Positions 1 through 12,700 of a stretch of 64,000 nucleotides of DNA are shown here, piece by piece. This DNA comes from Nageia nagi. Lineage: Eukaryota > Plantae > Pinophyta. The notes below the pieces were generated by a model. That model was given only the letters and a program-made list of their open reading frames with translations. It had not been told where the DNA came from and did no database searches. Each line of letters starts with the position of its first letter. Position 1 is the first letter of the stretch. The stretch spans positions 100,750,001 to 100,814,000 of the forward strand of contig JBITNC010000001.1 of NCBI GenBank assembly GCA_050084985.1, given 5' to 3'. The position numbers were made by a program, and so were the translations under genes.

Positions 1-453
1 AAAGGCTTTGAAAAATGATGAAGACCATGAACTCATCCAATTGCATCCATAAGCAACAAGTTGGGTCCTTAGGTCAATGATTTTATTCAAGTAGATAGCC
101 ACATTTTTATTTTCCTTTTCATAAAATTGAAGCAAATTTTAGAGAATGGTAAACCTTCTTGAAAAGTTTGAACTAAGGTAGATTTGTTTAAGCTTATCCC
201 ACACTTCCTTTGTTGAGATTGAAGAGGAAATCATTAGGAGCAAATCATCTAAAATTGCATGATAAATCATGGAGGTTGCCAACTCATTATTTGTGTTGTA
301 AGCCTTTAATTCATTCTCATCTATAGGTGGTACAAGGTTCTCATTCATTATTTGCCAAAGCTTCCTCACCTGCATTTTAGCTCTCATCGATGGTTCCCAA
401 ATTCCATAGTTGGAACCATTAAGAATGTGTTTGGGTAAAAAGGATTCTCCCAT
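1..453 (-). pseudogene. copia gag N-terminal fragment (Retrotran_gag_2/UBN2-like)
   Basis: ORF 139-453 reads LNGSNYGIWEPSMRAKMQVRKLW...STKEVWDKLKQIY, a typical copia gag pattern, followed by a stop. Confidence 0.85.
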
Positions 454-3400
454 TTGCTACATAAAATGTGAAATAATAAGCATATGGTTTTAATAAATAA
501 TATTAAATGTTAAAATTTAACCAAGTAAATAATACATATTTTAATTTAACACTAAATACATGCTTGATTTGATTCATAAGTGCAAATATTTTACAATTCA
601 AATAATAACCCATGTACCCAAATACATTTCTCATATCAAGAACCATAGATGTAGAGTGACATTATTGAGGCTTATTTTCTTATCTAAAATTATACTTTCA
701 CGTGGATGCCCACACAAGAGGAGCCCAAGTACTACCAATCCTTAACTAGTTCCCCTCGGGCAGCAATATACTTTCACAAGGAGAAGTACTAGCTATTTTT
801 CAAAGTTTTGACATTTATTGGATTAGCCAAATTATTAATCTTGATTAGGTTTCAAGTTTTCCTCCTAGGTTATCAAGATAATCCCTAAATGGACATGTAG
901 ATATGTGGTATCACTATACACATACCTATCCACCTATTGGAGTTAAATCTAGACCAATAGAGGACTTAGGGGCAATTAAGAAGAATAGAATTTTCACCAC
1001 TTGGATTGTTAGATTAAAGGCTCTATTCCACCTATCCTCACCTCATGGCTCCCCAAACAAGTCATGTTATGGAATGTATGTGTAGATGTGTTCATTTTAG
1101 GGGGTTGTTCATATCAATGTTTACATTTTTATTTGCATAAGTAAATAAATCAAAGTGTAAAACATGAAGTAAAAGAGTATAAGTAAAATCAATCCATGCA
1201 AAACATTTGGAACCTAAGTGTCCAATGGGTTTTATTTACCAACCCCTAAAGGACATCTTTACATCATCACTTATTTTGCACAAGTCCATTCCATACTTTG
1301 CATAAGGATAAATACTCAACATGCATTCTTGCATCTAAATTTTTTTTAAGTCCTAAGCATTAATTTAAAAAATTAAGTCCTTGAGCATGCATTAAAAATA
1401 AGCTTTAATTATTAAAAAAAATGCATTATTCACATAGCTTTAAAAAATTAAGTAAGCATGCATCATTCCAATTAAATAAGAAGCATGCACTATTAACTTA
1501 AGGATTAAGTAGGAAGCTTGCATCAATCCATAACTTAAAAATTAAGTAAGCATGCATTATAACTTAAAAATTATGCAAGCAACATGCATTAAAATTTAAG
1601 TAAAAAAATTCATACCCCTTTTTACTTAAAGTTGTACCCCTTAAGATAGCATATTTAGCTTAACTTTATCCTTTAAAAATATTTTGCATGATAAAAAAAT
1701 TCTAAGTATACTTCCATTCTAATTTTAAGTGAATACACTCTATTTTTCCTTAATTAAAGTAGTATTCCCCTTTTAACTTACAAATTTCACCTCTAAAGAT
1801 AGCATACTAGTTTATGCAATATGAGGATTTTTTTTTGAGTAAAGAATTATATAAAAAAAATTCCCTTCTTTACTTAAATAACATGCTTAAGTAAAACTTT
1901 GAAAGAATTAAATACTTACCAAGGTTTTAAAGTCTTGTTACTTATAATACTTAAAAAGACTTTAATTGGTTAGTGAAGTAAATACCTAAAAAAAAAGACA
2001 AAAAAATGATGACTAGCAATACATTTAGGATAAAGAGTTTACTCTACTCTAAAAAGACTTTAACTCCACGCCTAAATGATAGTAGGTTCATTAAAGAATA
2101 GTAGAAAGTGGGTAGAAAAAAAAATTTCAAAAAAATTGGGCTTCAAGACGGTAAGGGGCATAAACAAATGCACTTTTACTCCGTACACACTCCAATGAAT
2201 GGTAGATTCATTAGTCAATGACAAGTTCATTAAAAAAAATGGTCCTTTAAAAAAAGAAGGCGGAGGATTGAATATTTTTTCTTTATCATGAAGTAAACAA
2301 AAAATAGAATGAAGGTGAAGTTAAGAAAATAAAATATGGTGGATGAGGGGGCCATTGGTTGTAATCTCATTTCAAAGAGTCGCAAGCTAGAATGAAAAAT
2401 AAAGGAGATAATCTCCCATATTTGGTGAGCTCCTATTTGTGTTAATATAATACTATAGGATTAGAGAGGTTTCACAAGGAGGAAGGAGCTATGCAAGGAA
2501 GGAGATGATGTACAAAGAGGTAGGGGTGAAATGTAGGCCAAAGTCACTATGCAAGCTAGAGCTGGTCATAGAAATGCAGCAAGGATGAAGTTTGGGTAGA
2601 GGTAGAGTGGCCACAATGGGTTGATGGACTAGTAAATACTGAAGTAACACATAAAGATTAAGCCATAAGTGGTGGAAGGGGAGAAGGCCAAGTGGAGGCC
2701 AAAGGTTGAGCAAAGGACTCCTACAAGGCACCCATAGCTTCCTTGAGGTCATAACAAATAGGCCTTGTGGGATTGGAGCTAGGTTGGTAGCTGCTTGGGA
2801 GTGTTGGAAAGTGCCAAATAAACACAACACCTCCACCATGCTGAGTTAACCCCTCTTTTTAAAAAAATTGTAATAAGCATCACTACCTTCCCTTTTTGGT
2901 ATAAAAAAAAGTACAAGAAATGAGAGAAATACCAAATGCATTTTTGAAATCTAGGATTTAAATTTAAATTTTTGTACATGCCTCCTTCCTTTATTTTGAA
3001 ATAAATACATATATCTTTTTTTGTAAAGGAAATGTAATCTAACATTTCTACACAATGTTTTTGTAATAAAAAACATATTTTTATATATATATATATTTGT
3101 AGAAAAAATGCAACCTCTATTATTATTTTAGCTTTTTAAAAAAAAGCCTTATAAGATGCAAAATAAAAAAATATTTCTTCCATAAAAGATATAGTATAAT
3201 ATTTTTTTAAAAAATTGTATATTATCATCTTAAATAGAAAATATATCAATGTATTAATCAATTTTGTAAAAAACAATACTACTAACATAAGAGGTTAGTA
3301 TAAAAAATGCATTATATTGCTATTTTGACCATATTTTGAAAAAGAAAAGAACTAACACATAGAAATATTATGTTAGTAGCATAATGTAATAATTCAAAAA

Positions 3401-3504
3401 AAATAACTAAGGAATTTATACCTTCTCTTCGTTTTACCTCAACAACGAAGTGTAGGAAGAGGAATGAAAATCACCAATTTGTTGAAGAAGAGCTTCCACA
3501 CTTT

Positions 3505-3516
3505 GCTCTGATACCA
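3505..3516 (-). promoter_or_regulatory. primer binding site, initiator tRNA-Met
   Basis: Plus strand gctctgatacca is TGGTATCAGAGC on the minus strand, 2 bp from the LTR end. Confidence 0.93.
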
Positions 3517-3518
3517 AA

Positions 3519-4017
3519 TGAAGGAATTTAACTATAACAAGAACAATCCTAAACTACCAATATCATATGAAAGCTCTCAATTCACATCTAACTATCACAC
3601 AAAGCAATCTCACAAAGATAACAAAAGATGTAAATGGTTCCTCCAACTAGGAGTACATCCACTAACTAGATCTCTGTTCTTAACAAATATGAACTCTTAC
3701 AATCCTCTTACTCTTTTCTCCTAAACACTATCCTATAGCATAAATTTGTTACACAAATTGGTGTGTAATCAAAAATATGGAGCCTTATATTTATAGGCCA
3801 AAATCCCTCTTTGGATCACCCTTTTATCTAATGTACAAAAGCATGACATGCACATCCTTTTACCCAAGGGGCATGCTTGTGACATGGAGTGTAGGACAAG
3901 GTACATTATCATATTCACTTAAATACTTAAGGTATAAAATGATACCCTTAAGAATTAGTGAACTTACATAAAATATTTAATACAAACCTTTACAATAATG
4001 CATTATACATTCCCACA
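3519..4017 (-). repeat. copia 5' LTR (~500 bp family)
   Basis: TG...CA ends; aligns end to end with 42893-43394, 50327-50826 and 58549-59046. Confidence 0.9.
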
Positions 4018-6973
4018 TCACATTGTTCAAGGCTTGCAAAAAAGGTATCAATGTCATAGGGGTAGTAAAAAAAAATCAGGATGATCATCCAAAAATCAAA
4101 TCCAAAATTAATATTAAGATGTGAAAAAATATATGCAAAAAATTCAAAATTGAAATGCTAGAAATCAAATATCATATTATTAAAAATAACTATGCCCACA
4201 CCATACAAATCAAGTCTAAATAGCCTATTTCAAAGGCACATAAATCAAATTTGAAAATTTTACAAAAAGAAGGGTATTTATGCTATGCAAGCTCTTCTAC
4301 TAAGCCATTCACATCTTTCTAACTAAATAATATATCATATATCAAGTACTTTCAAATTCAAGTCTATATCATATATAAAACATATAGCATCATAAATATT
4401 TTGTATTGATTTCAGATTCAACTTTCTCATATATGCAAATACATTTTCTACTCATGCATTTTTTAAAGAGCCATTGTACAACTATGAACACATCTATCAT
4501 AATTATAAGTTATAAGAAATTCTATGATTCCAAATCTACTTCACAACTATGGGGCATGCTTTGATCCCATTTTCTTTAGGGCACCAACAAAATTCCAAAC
4601 ATACCATCAATCATAAAGGAAATGGTCTAATTCAATGTATTCTATCTTTTCCTATTTGATACTACATTCTTATTCTTTTAAAATATGTAATATATGTAGG
4701 TATTATCTCATTTTATTCCACATATTTATCTTCATCATATTGAAGAGTAGAGCCAAAGGCATCCTTAATCCTTAATTGAAAAATGCAACTTTGGGATTGG
4801 TTCCCCCATAGGAAAATTCCTTAGGGAAACCAAACCCAAAAGAGGAGCGATAAAATATCATATTCAAGCATTGGAATATTTCAGGGAAGTGCTTTTTACT
4901 GTTGTAAATTTTTTATACTTCTTTATATTTCTTTAGATTATACAATTTTAAATACTTTTTCATTTCATATCTAAAGAAGGGAAAATTATAGAAACCTAAA
5001 AATGATTTATTATTATTTAATAAATCTTATTTAGATATCTCAAAAGAATAAATAATAATATTACATAAATCAAGCCAATTGTATTATCCAAGTGTTATAT
5101 CATGTGTTATGTTCAACACTTTATCATTGATCATGATTATATTTAAAAATATTTTCATATTACAAATATTATATACTATTAAGTGGTTTTTCATACATCA
5201 TACTACACTAATGATGTCTCTCAAAGCCACCTATCTAATAATTATATTATGCTCTAATCTTATATTACATGCTATCATATTTAATTTCTTTCATCCTACT
5301 TAACAAACAATGTGCGTGATGTGAGAAGATTGCGAATGTGACATCTGTTTCATTCCACTTTATAATACAAAGCTATAGATTGAAGGATATAAATCATAGA
5401 TATAGGTCATTTATATCTATATGAATTTACCCCAAATCTGATCCAATCCTTTATACATTGTGTCATATCTTGAGGATTTCTTCATTTTTCTCTATCAGAT
5501 GCATACTTTATTAACCTTAAAAAGTATCTTGCATCTATATTATAGTTTTTATTTAATTGCATTTATTTATTGCAAATAATTATTTAGATTCTACACCAAT
5601 AGCAATCCTCCTTTCATATATAAACTCAAATAAACATCGCAAAAAGAAAACCCCTCATACACAAATAAACTCTCATAATACTAGAGCTCAAAATTCATAG
5701 GAAACAAATGTGAAAATAAAACAAAATACAACCATATTTATAAAAACTCATTCGAATCCATTTCAAGGCATAACCATGAAATTGAAAAAAGGAAAACAAA
5801 ATAGTGCATTAAATGTTAAATTGCTATCTCCAATGTAAAATTAAAAATCTTTTTAATTTTTAAACACTTTCAAATCTAACATGGTAGCACCCATTCTAAG
5901 TGTCAAATTTTAACTTTTTATAACAAGAAGTATAATCTTGAATATTTAGCTTGAAATATTCTTTTAGAGTAGAATAAGCAGATAATACTTCTCAAATGTT
6001 ATAACATTAATGCTAACCAATCTAAATAAGGTGATTCATGCATATGATAGTATGGAATACCTAGGGGCATGCTTTTAGGAAAATACATAATAAGTTCTCT
6101 CACCAGGGTTATTCCTAAGGATCGGCTCCAAAAACAAATTGAAGAAAATAAGGCAAATTAGTTTCAAAATTTGGGTGAAAATATAGCCTTTAAAATAAAA
6201 GGTATAAGTGGATACATACCATATACATACTATATGTTATGTTTTGGTGATTGGATACTAAAATTAATATTTTTGTAAAATTTTAGGGTGAATGACCCCC
6301 TTCCAAGGTCCAAATATTAGCTAATTTGAAAATCTTAAAATCTTAATTTTCACTTGTAAGAGCTGATGAGCCACTAAGAAAAACATTGTCTCTCACTCTT
6401 TAATCTATTTTCTTTACATAAGTACACATTTATGATCATATTACTTATGAAAATTTTGTTAAGGGTTTATATTTGCATGCTTGATAATATATCATGATAT
6501 GTTTTATTTTCTATCCTATTATCCTTTATCCCTTTTTCAATTAGAGAAGTAATTATCATGTATCCTTTATATCCTTTTAATTTTATTGGTTGGGTACTAA
6601 ATTAACCATTAATATCCTTGAATAAGATATGTAGTTACAACATGATGACATAGTCTATGAATGGGGTACTAGGTGTTATCATGTTGATAATATGTACATG
6701 CAATTATGATGTTTAACCTTTATCTATGTTTGAATAATGTTATATCTTTTAAATAATGAATGTAGTGTATAAAATCTCCATGAGTTGGGTATTGGATTGT
6801 TCTATGGTAATACATTTCTATGAATAGGGAATTGAATGTTTCCATGAGGACATGTTTATGCTATGACATATTTTATTAATTTTATCATTGCTCTTCATTG
6901 ATATATTATTTCAAGTTTAACATATTATATTGATTTCATATTTTATAAATCTAATGAGGTATTTTATGAGATG

Positions 6974-8155
6974 TGTAAACACCCTAAAATCATATTTTAC
7001 ATTGATGATAGGGTTATAATGATATTTATGATATTTTTACTATCATGTACTCTCATGTATATCTAACATGTTATGCAACAATTTTGATAGGTTTGATTGA
7101 CATAATTTCATCCTTTAATTCATATCTAATACTTTTGTTACACTTGCCCAAATGATTGAGTAATTATCTAGATGATCATCTAGGTCACCTAATCATCCAA
7201 ATGATCATGTTTGAGGTCTATAAAAGCTAATAGGAGTCACTTTTCAATGTTAGACACACTTTTTCATGGGCTCTGCATCTACTGTACCTAATTACATTTG
7301 ATTCTTGAGCAAGTGATATCATCTTCAAGGATTTTCCTAAATATTTGAGTCTCCATCTTCATGCCTTTGGATCACTTTTCTGTACACTATGGATTGAGGT
7401 ACCTTGTGGTTATTTTATGAGCTTATGTTATTGATAATTTATTTCATGAGTATATATAGGTTTTAAAGCTTTAATATATCTATATTTAAGACCTTATATC
7501 CTCTCTTTCATTGTATAATTATCATTATTTGACATATAGGCACATATAGCAAAATCTTCATCCTTAGGGTTTGAGCCTAGGGTTTGGCCCTAAAAGTTAA
7601 ATCCTTAGGGTTTGAAGGATATTTATTATGTGTTTAGTATTTGTAGATTTAGGTATATCTATATTTATCTTGCATCCATTATCATTTGTAACACTTTATC
7701 ACATTAAGAAAAGCTTTATACATGTATAGGTATTAAACAATATTCTCACATATTATCAATATTTCATCTAGCTTTGCCAAGTTTTCTTATATAAAATTTG
7801 TCTATAGTTTATGTTTGAAGATCATACTTGCACAATAGGCATTTTAATATTTTATACTCTCCTTTTGATTAAGGATAAATGAGGCTTACAACCTTTTTGA
7901 GTTGGGGTTTCACTCCACTTGGATAGTATAATATCCAAGAACTTGTGATTCAAAGCCTACCATAAAATATTATCACTCCTTTTAGGTCTAGATAGCTTCT
8001 TACAATGTTGAAATTCAAAGGAAAATTATAAACCCTATCTTTGTCAATATTATCAATACTCACATAGGAAAATTAGATGTAAATGAATCAAGATATTTGG
8101 AACTGTTCATAGATATTTTGAGTGATTGAGATGCATGGGTTTTGAGGAATTCACA
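6974..8155 (+). repeat. 5' LTR of Tat/Ogre element
   Basis: tgtaaacaccc...gaattcaca; direct repeat of 24905-26095. Confidence 0.92.
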
Positions 8156-8157
8156 AA

Positions 8158-8175
8158 TGGCAATCACATTGGGAC
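8158..8175 (+). promoter_or_regulatory. primer binding site, probably tRNA-Arg (decayed)
   Basis: tggcaatcacattgggac lies 2 bp after the LTR and resembles TGGCGACCACAGTGGGA, the complement of a plant tRNA-Arg 3' end as I recall it. Confidence 0.7.
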
Positions 8176-9746
8176 CCTATTAGTCCTAGGACCATAAGAC
8201 AAAAAGGATTTCCTTAGCCTTTACCTTATTTTTTATGGCCTTTAAACTATGGATGTTTTTCTTAATTTGAAGAGTTTTGGTGATTAAGTTTTGGTGAAAT
8301 TTTCAAGATAAGATCGTGAACTTGGTCAAAATTAGATCTAAAAATTTCAAAGAGCAATTTTAAGTATAGAGTAAATCATCCCACAACAAGCTGATCCTAA
8401 CTATAAATCATCCCACTTTAGGATGACCTGTAGGTCATCCAAGCGATCCTGCAGTCATCCCTATGTAGGATGATTCTATCTACACTCATTTTAAGCTCTA
8501 TTTTTACTTTATTTTTGTGCTTAGTTTCAAATCTATACTATTGATAGTATTCCTCTATCTATTTTATATATAACTTCATATGTCCTTATCTAGGACTCAT
8601 ATTTTTATCCTTGTTACATGATTTATATTTTAGCATTCAATTCCAATTTTAAACTTTTATCTTTGAAAGTATTATGATCATCCAAATGAGTCTTGATCAT
8701 CTATACAATTGGCATTGTAACCACAATCATCCTTGTAGTGGAAACTTTTATGGTATAAACTTTAACCTTCATTACACCCATCAATATTGGAGCAGGAAGG
8801 AACATGCTTAAACCAATAAGTCTTTTTGTTTCTTACAACACCTAGTACATACTATTTTCTTATTCATTTCATCCTAGGCTTGCCACTTTTTAATGAATTT
8901 GTTTACATATTAGAGGGATTGTTGCATGAACATTGAAATTTACTTTGATGTTTAAAATTCAAAATCTTACAAAAGGGATTTCATTATTGTTGGTGTATCT
9001 TTGCTCCTTGTTTTGTGCCTATAAATGATTGCTATATTTGTATTCCAATTTTAAAGAATAATGAAAGCAAATTATTATTTTATCATACTTGGGTGGGGAG
9101 TGCCTTGATTTTATTTTATAAATAAAAAATATTTGGGGCTTAAGTGCATTGCATTTCATCATAGAAATATATTTCATTTTTATTACTTGTATTAAAACTC
9201 CATCACATACCTAGGGAGTATCTAGGACACATGGACATTATTACCATAGCCTAACCTATACTTGAAGTTGAAAATCAAAGTAGGATCCCCCCTCTATTTG
9301 GAATAACTTGCTATAGAGGTACCTAATAACCCTAGGAAAATGTTCTACACCCCTAGTGATTGATCCTTACCTTGTTAACACTTGAACGTAATCATTTTTT
9401 AGGTAAACATAAAAAGTTTTGTGTTGGAATTTACAAGTGCATTATTAAAAGCAACACTCATTAAAAAGATTAAGTCAATTGAATAAAGAAGAAATTAGAA
9501 ACATAATATAAACTTACTATCTATCACTCTTTCTATCTTGTCATTTAGATTTATCTTTTTGAAGTGGGTGTTCATCATTTAAGCTTTATGACATTGGTCA
9601 CATTCATATTAAATAAATTTATTTTAAACAAAAATTCTAGGCTTTTTGTTATATGGTTTATTGGTTATACACTTTGGTTTCTATTTAAAGGTTTTTATAT
9701 ATACCTATTTACCCCTCTTTATTTTGATCACATTCACACACATACC

Positions 9747-12700
9747 ATGGATGATAATCCTTGGCCTATTCATCTAATCGAGACTAGAGGTCATCTTAGA
9801 GCCCGAGCAGTTGAAGAATAGGAATATGAAAAGGAGATAAATCAACCATATCCTCTTCCAAATTTGTGTATATCCCATATTTGTTTGTACACACCCCACC
9901 ACTCACCTCAACATGAGTCCATTAGTTTATCCACTGACCTCTCTTTTGGCCAGACATGAGAGATTTTTTTTCTTGATTTCACTCCTTACTTGGAAGGGAG
10001 AGATCATATGACATAATGTAGGGATAGTATTTCATAGATTGATCAACTAACAAATTTTATTTAGAGATTTATAAATAATAGAAATGTATCTATAGGAAAC
10101 CTAGTAGCTCAACATAATAGAAATATTGGTATTTTCTAGGATTTGTTGCCTAGACATAGTAATAATATCAAGTATGTTTCATTAGAGGAAACAAAAGAAA
10201 TTAACCATGACTACAACCTTAAGCATAATGATGAGTTTATGGGTTTCAATGATATTGAATCAAACTTTCCCTTTGTAGGAGTTATTTATATAATCCTTTA
10301 CTATGAGTTTATGGGAGTCATGGAACCAACTAAAATTTTTAGATAGTTTAGATCCATGATAGTAATATGTTCAACATAATAAAAAAGATAAGAAGAGATC
10401 ATTATAGAGCACCCCTCCCCCTCCTAGGAGTTGAAAATTCAATAACCTCTACCTCAAACTAGGATATAGATTTAGAGGTAGGCTCCTAGAGAACTAGTTA
10501 GCATACAAACTTAGCTAGAGAAGCAACTTAAAACTACTCAGATAAAGCTTTCCTTGTGGGACTTATTAGAGAAATATCTCAATTATAGGAATGTTTTAAC
10601 AACATCCTCAAAGATATTAAGTTAAATGATGAAAACCCTAATTATTATAGAGATTTTATAGGGGTTGTATAAAGTGCTACATGACTAGAAATCACTTTCT
10701 TTCAGGATTGGATTCAATAGTTCATATCAAATAAGCCAAGGCATCTTGCCTTGTATATTGTATCTTATGTGATTCACATCCATAAAAGATAGTTATTATT
10801 GATAATGGGTCCATAATAAATGTTATATATTCTATAGTACTTGAGAGATTTAATGTTCCTATCAGATATTTGAATACTCCCACTCTTACTATTAGAGCCT
10901 TCAATAACACTTTGGCTAAATTATGGACATAGTCATTCTTCTAGTTTGAGTTGGAATCAGAGAGATATCAAATACCTACCACATCATCAAATACAAGATG
11001 TAGTATAACCTACATTTGGGTTAATCATAAATAGAATATATAGAGTCAATTCTATCTACCCTTATTTTAGTAACAAAATGGTGCATTGCATTATAGATGA
11101 TTTGAATCCCTTTAATCATTATAACTTCACTTTCTCTAATGAGTCCCCTAAAATGTTATTAAGATGTATTTTTTTGTCATCATTCTTGTGAATGATCATC
11201 CTCATACCAAATATTTAAGTTTTTAGCTTCATTTGGTGTGGATCTCCTTATACACCATGATGGTAAATCTCATGAGGATTCTACACATACTTCTTCCAGT
11301 CACTAGACCTCATCCATGCCCATCTGTGGTAATGATCAACATCGTATCATTGAGTACATCAACTTGATTAGTCCCAATCATTATCCTCATCTATTACATT
11401 TGATTCATAGTAGGAAGATATGCCCTCTTCTTTCCAAGTTGGTCTTGTTTCTTCCGACCAATAGCCTATCAACCTTGTCATTTCACCATCATATGATCTC
11501 ATTAAGTATGAATATATTAGAAAGGAGGACTATCATATGAATGATATTATTTTTAATATCCCCTCTATAAGAGACTTGGGGAGACCTCAAGAATCTCCAC
11601 TTGCTCTTGGTTTTATCATCCCACTAGGCTTGTATCCAAACCAATATTACTTCATTTACGTAGGTATAGATTTACCCTAGGACATTCCCCTTAAGAATCA
11701 TCTTAAGGAGAATTTTTGTTCTAGAATTAAATATTTTTTATTTTGTGACTTGATGCATAAACTCTTTGTTAAATGAAAATGGTAAGGATACAGCCTAGGA
11801 AAATTCAAACAAGGGAAAGTTCATGCTTTTTTTGTTCCTTTTCAATTCAACCATGATAAATGTTGTCTAGGATTTTGTGGCCCTAAGATAAAACTTCTAG
11901 AAGAATAATTTATATATATTAATCTTCTAGAAGAGGTAGTGCCACATAATGATGAGCATGAAATCAATTTGTATTTCTATCCATCTAGTCCTCATGCCTC
12001 TGAGTTTTTTTAATCTTAAATGATTTCTTCCATGAGCTTTCTTATGACCCTGCCTTTGATGCTTTGATGGTCTTCTTTGATGGTTTGTTTCTCTTTATCC
12101 CTCTTTTGGATTGTAACCCATAATTTATCAGTCCTTTTTACACAAATTTCTCAGGTCTATCTCTTATCTTAAGTGATGTGTCTCTTTCTTTTGATTTCCT
12201 TGATGAAGTTGGATCGTCTATTCTAGCTTCCTTCATCAATAGTTTGGATAATGATGATTTTTTGTACCTTCCTATATTTATGTAGTTAGAGGATGGATAT
12301 CATATGCACTTGGGAAAGTCATTTGAGATAGATATCAATGATAATCCCACATATCCAAAGGTATTCTACTAGGGGGATGTATTAGATGAAGCAAAAAGAG
12401 CAAAATCCATAACCACATTAAAAATGTGTGCTAAAATCTTTTCCTTTGGTTATTAGGATATGCTTGGAATGGATCTCAATATAGTAATTCATAATATCAT
12501 CACCCATATAGATGCAAAACCACTCAAGAAGAAGCCTAGAAAGGTCAATCCAAATGAGTATCTTCAAATCAATGATGAGCTTCAAAAGTTCTTAGATGCC
12601 AAATTCATTATCCCTATAGATCACCAACAATGGGTATCTAATATGATTCTAGTCGGTAAGCCTGAAGGTCATATTAGGTATGCACAAACTTTAGGTATAT

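Larger units (their letters stand above)
1..4017 (-). mobile_element. Ty1/copia LTR retrotransposon, 5' part (5' LTR, PBS, ~3 kb leader, gag start); continues off the left edge
   Basis: LTR 3519-4017 (TG...CA) is homologous to the LTRs at 42893 and 50327. A tRNA-Met PBS sits next to it. The gag ORF 139-453 is collinear with 47300-47822. Confidence 0.92.

Noticed and set aside
4018-6968. Identifiable element or gene
   Set aside because: AT-rich decayed sequence; no termini, TSD or protein motif could be supported.
7563-7614. Interstitial telomere repeat
   Set aside because: Only three non-contiguous tagggttt motifs, belonging to the LTR (also at ~25500-25535).
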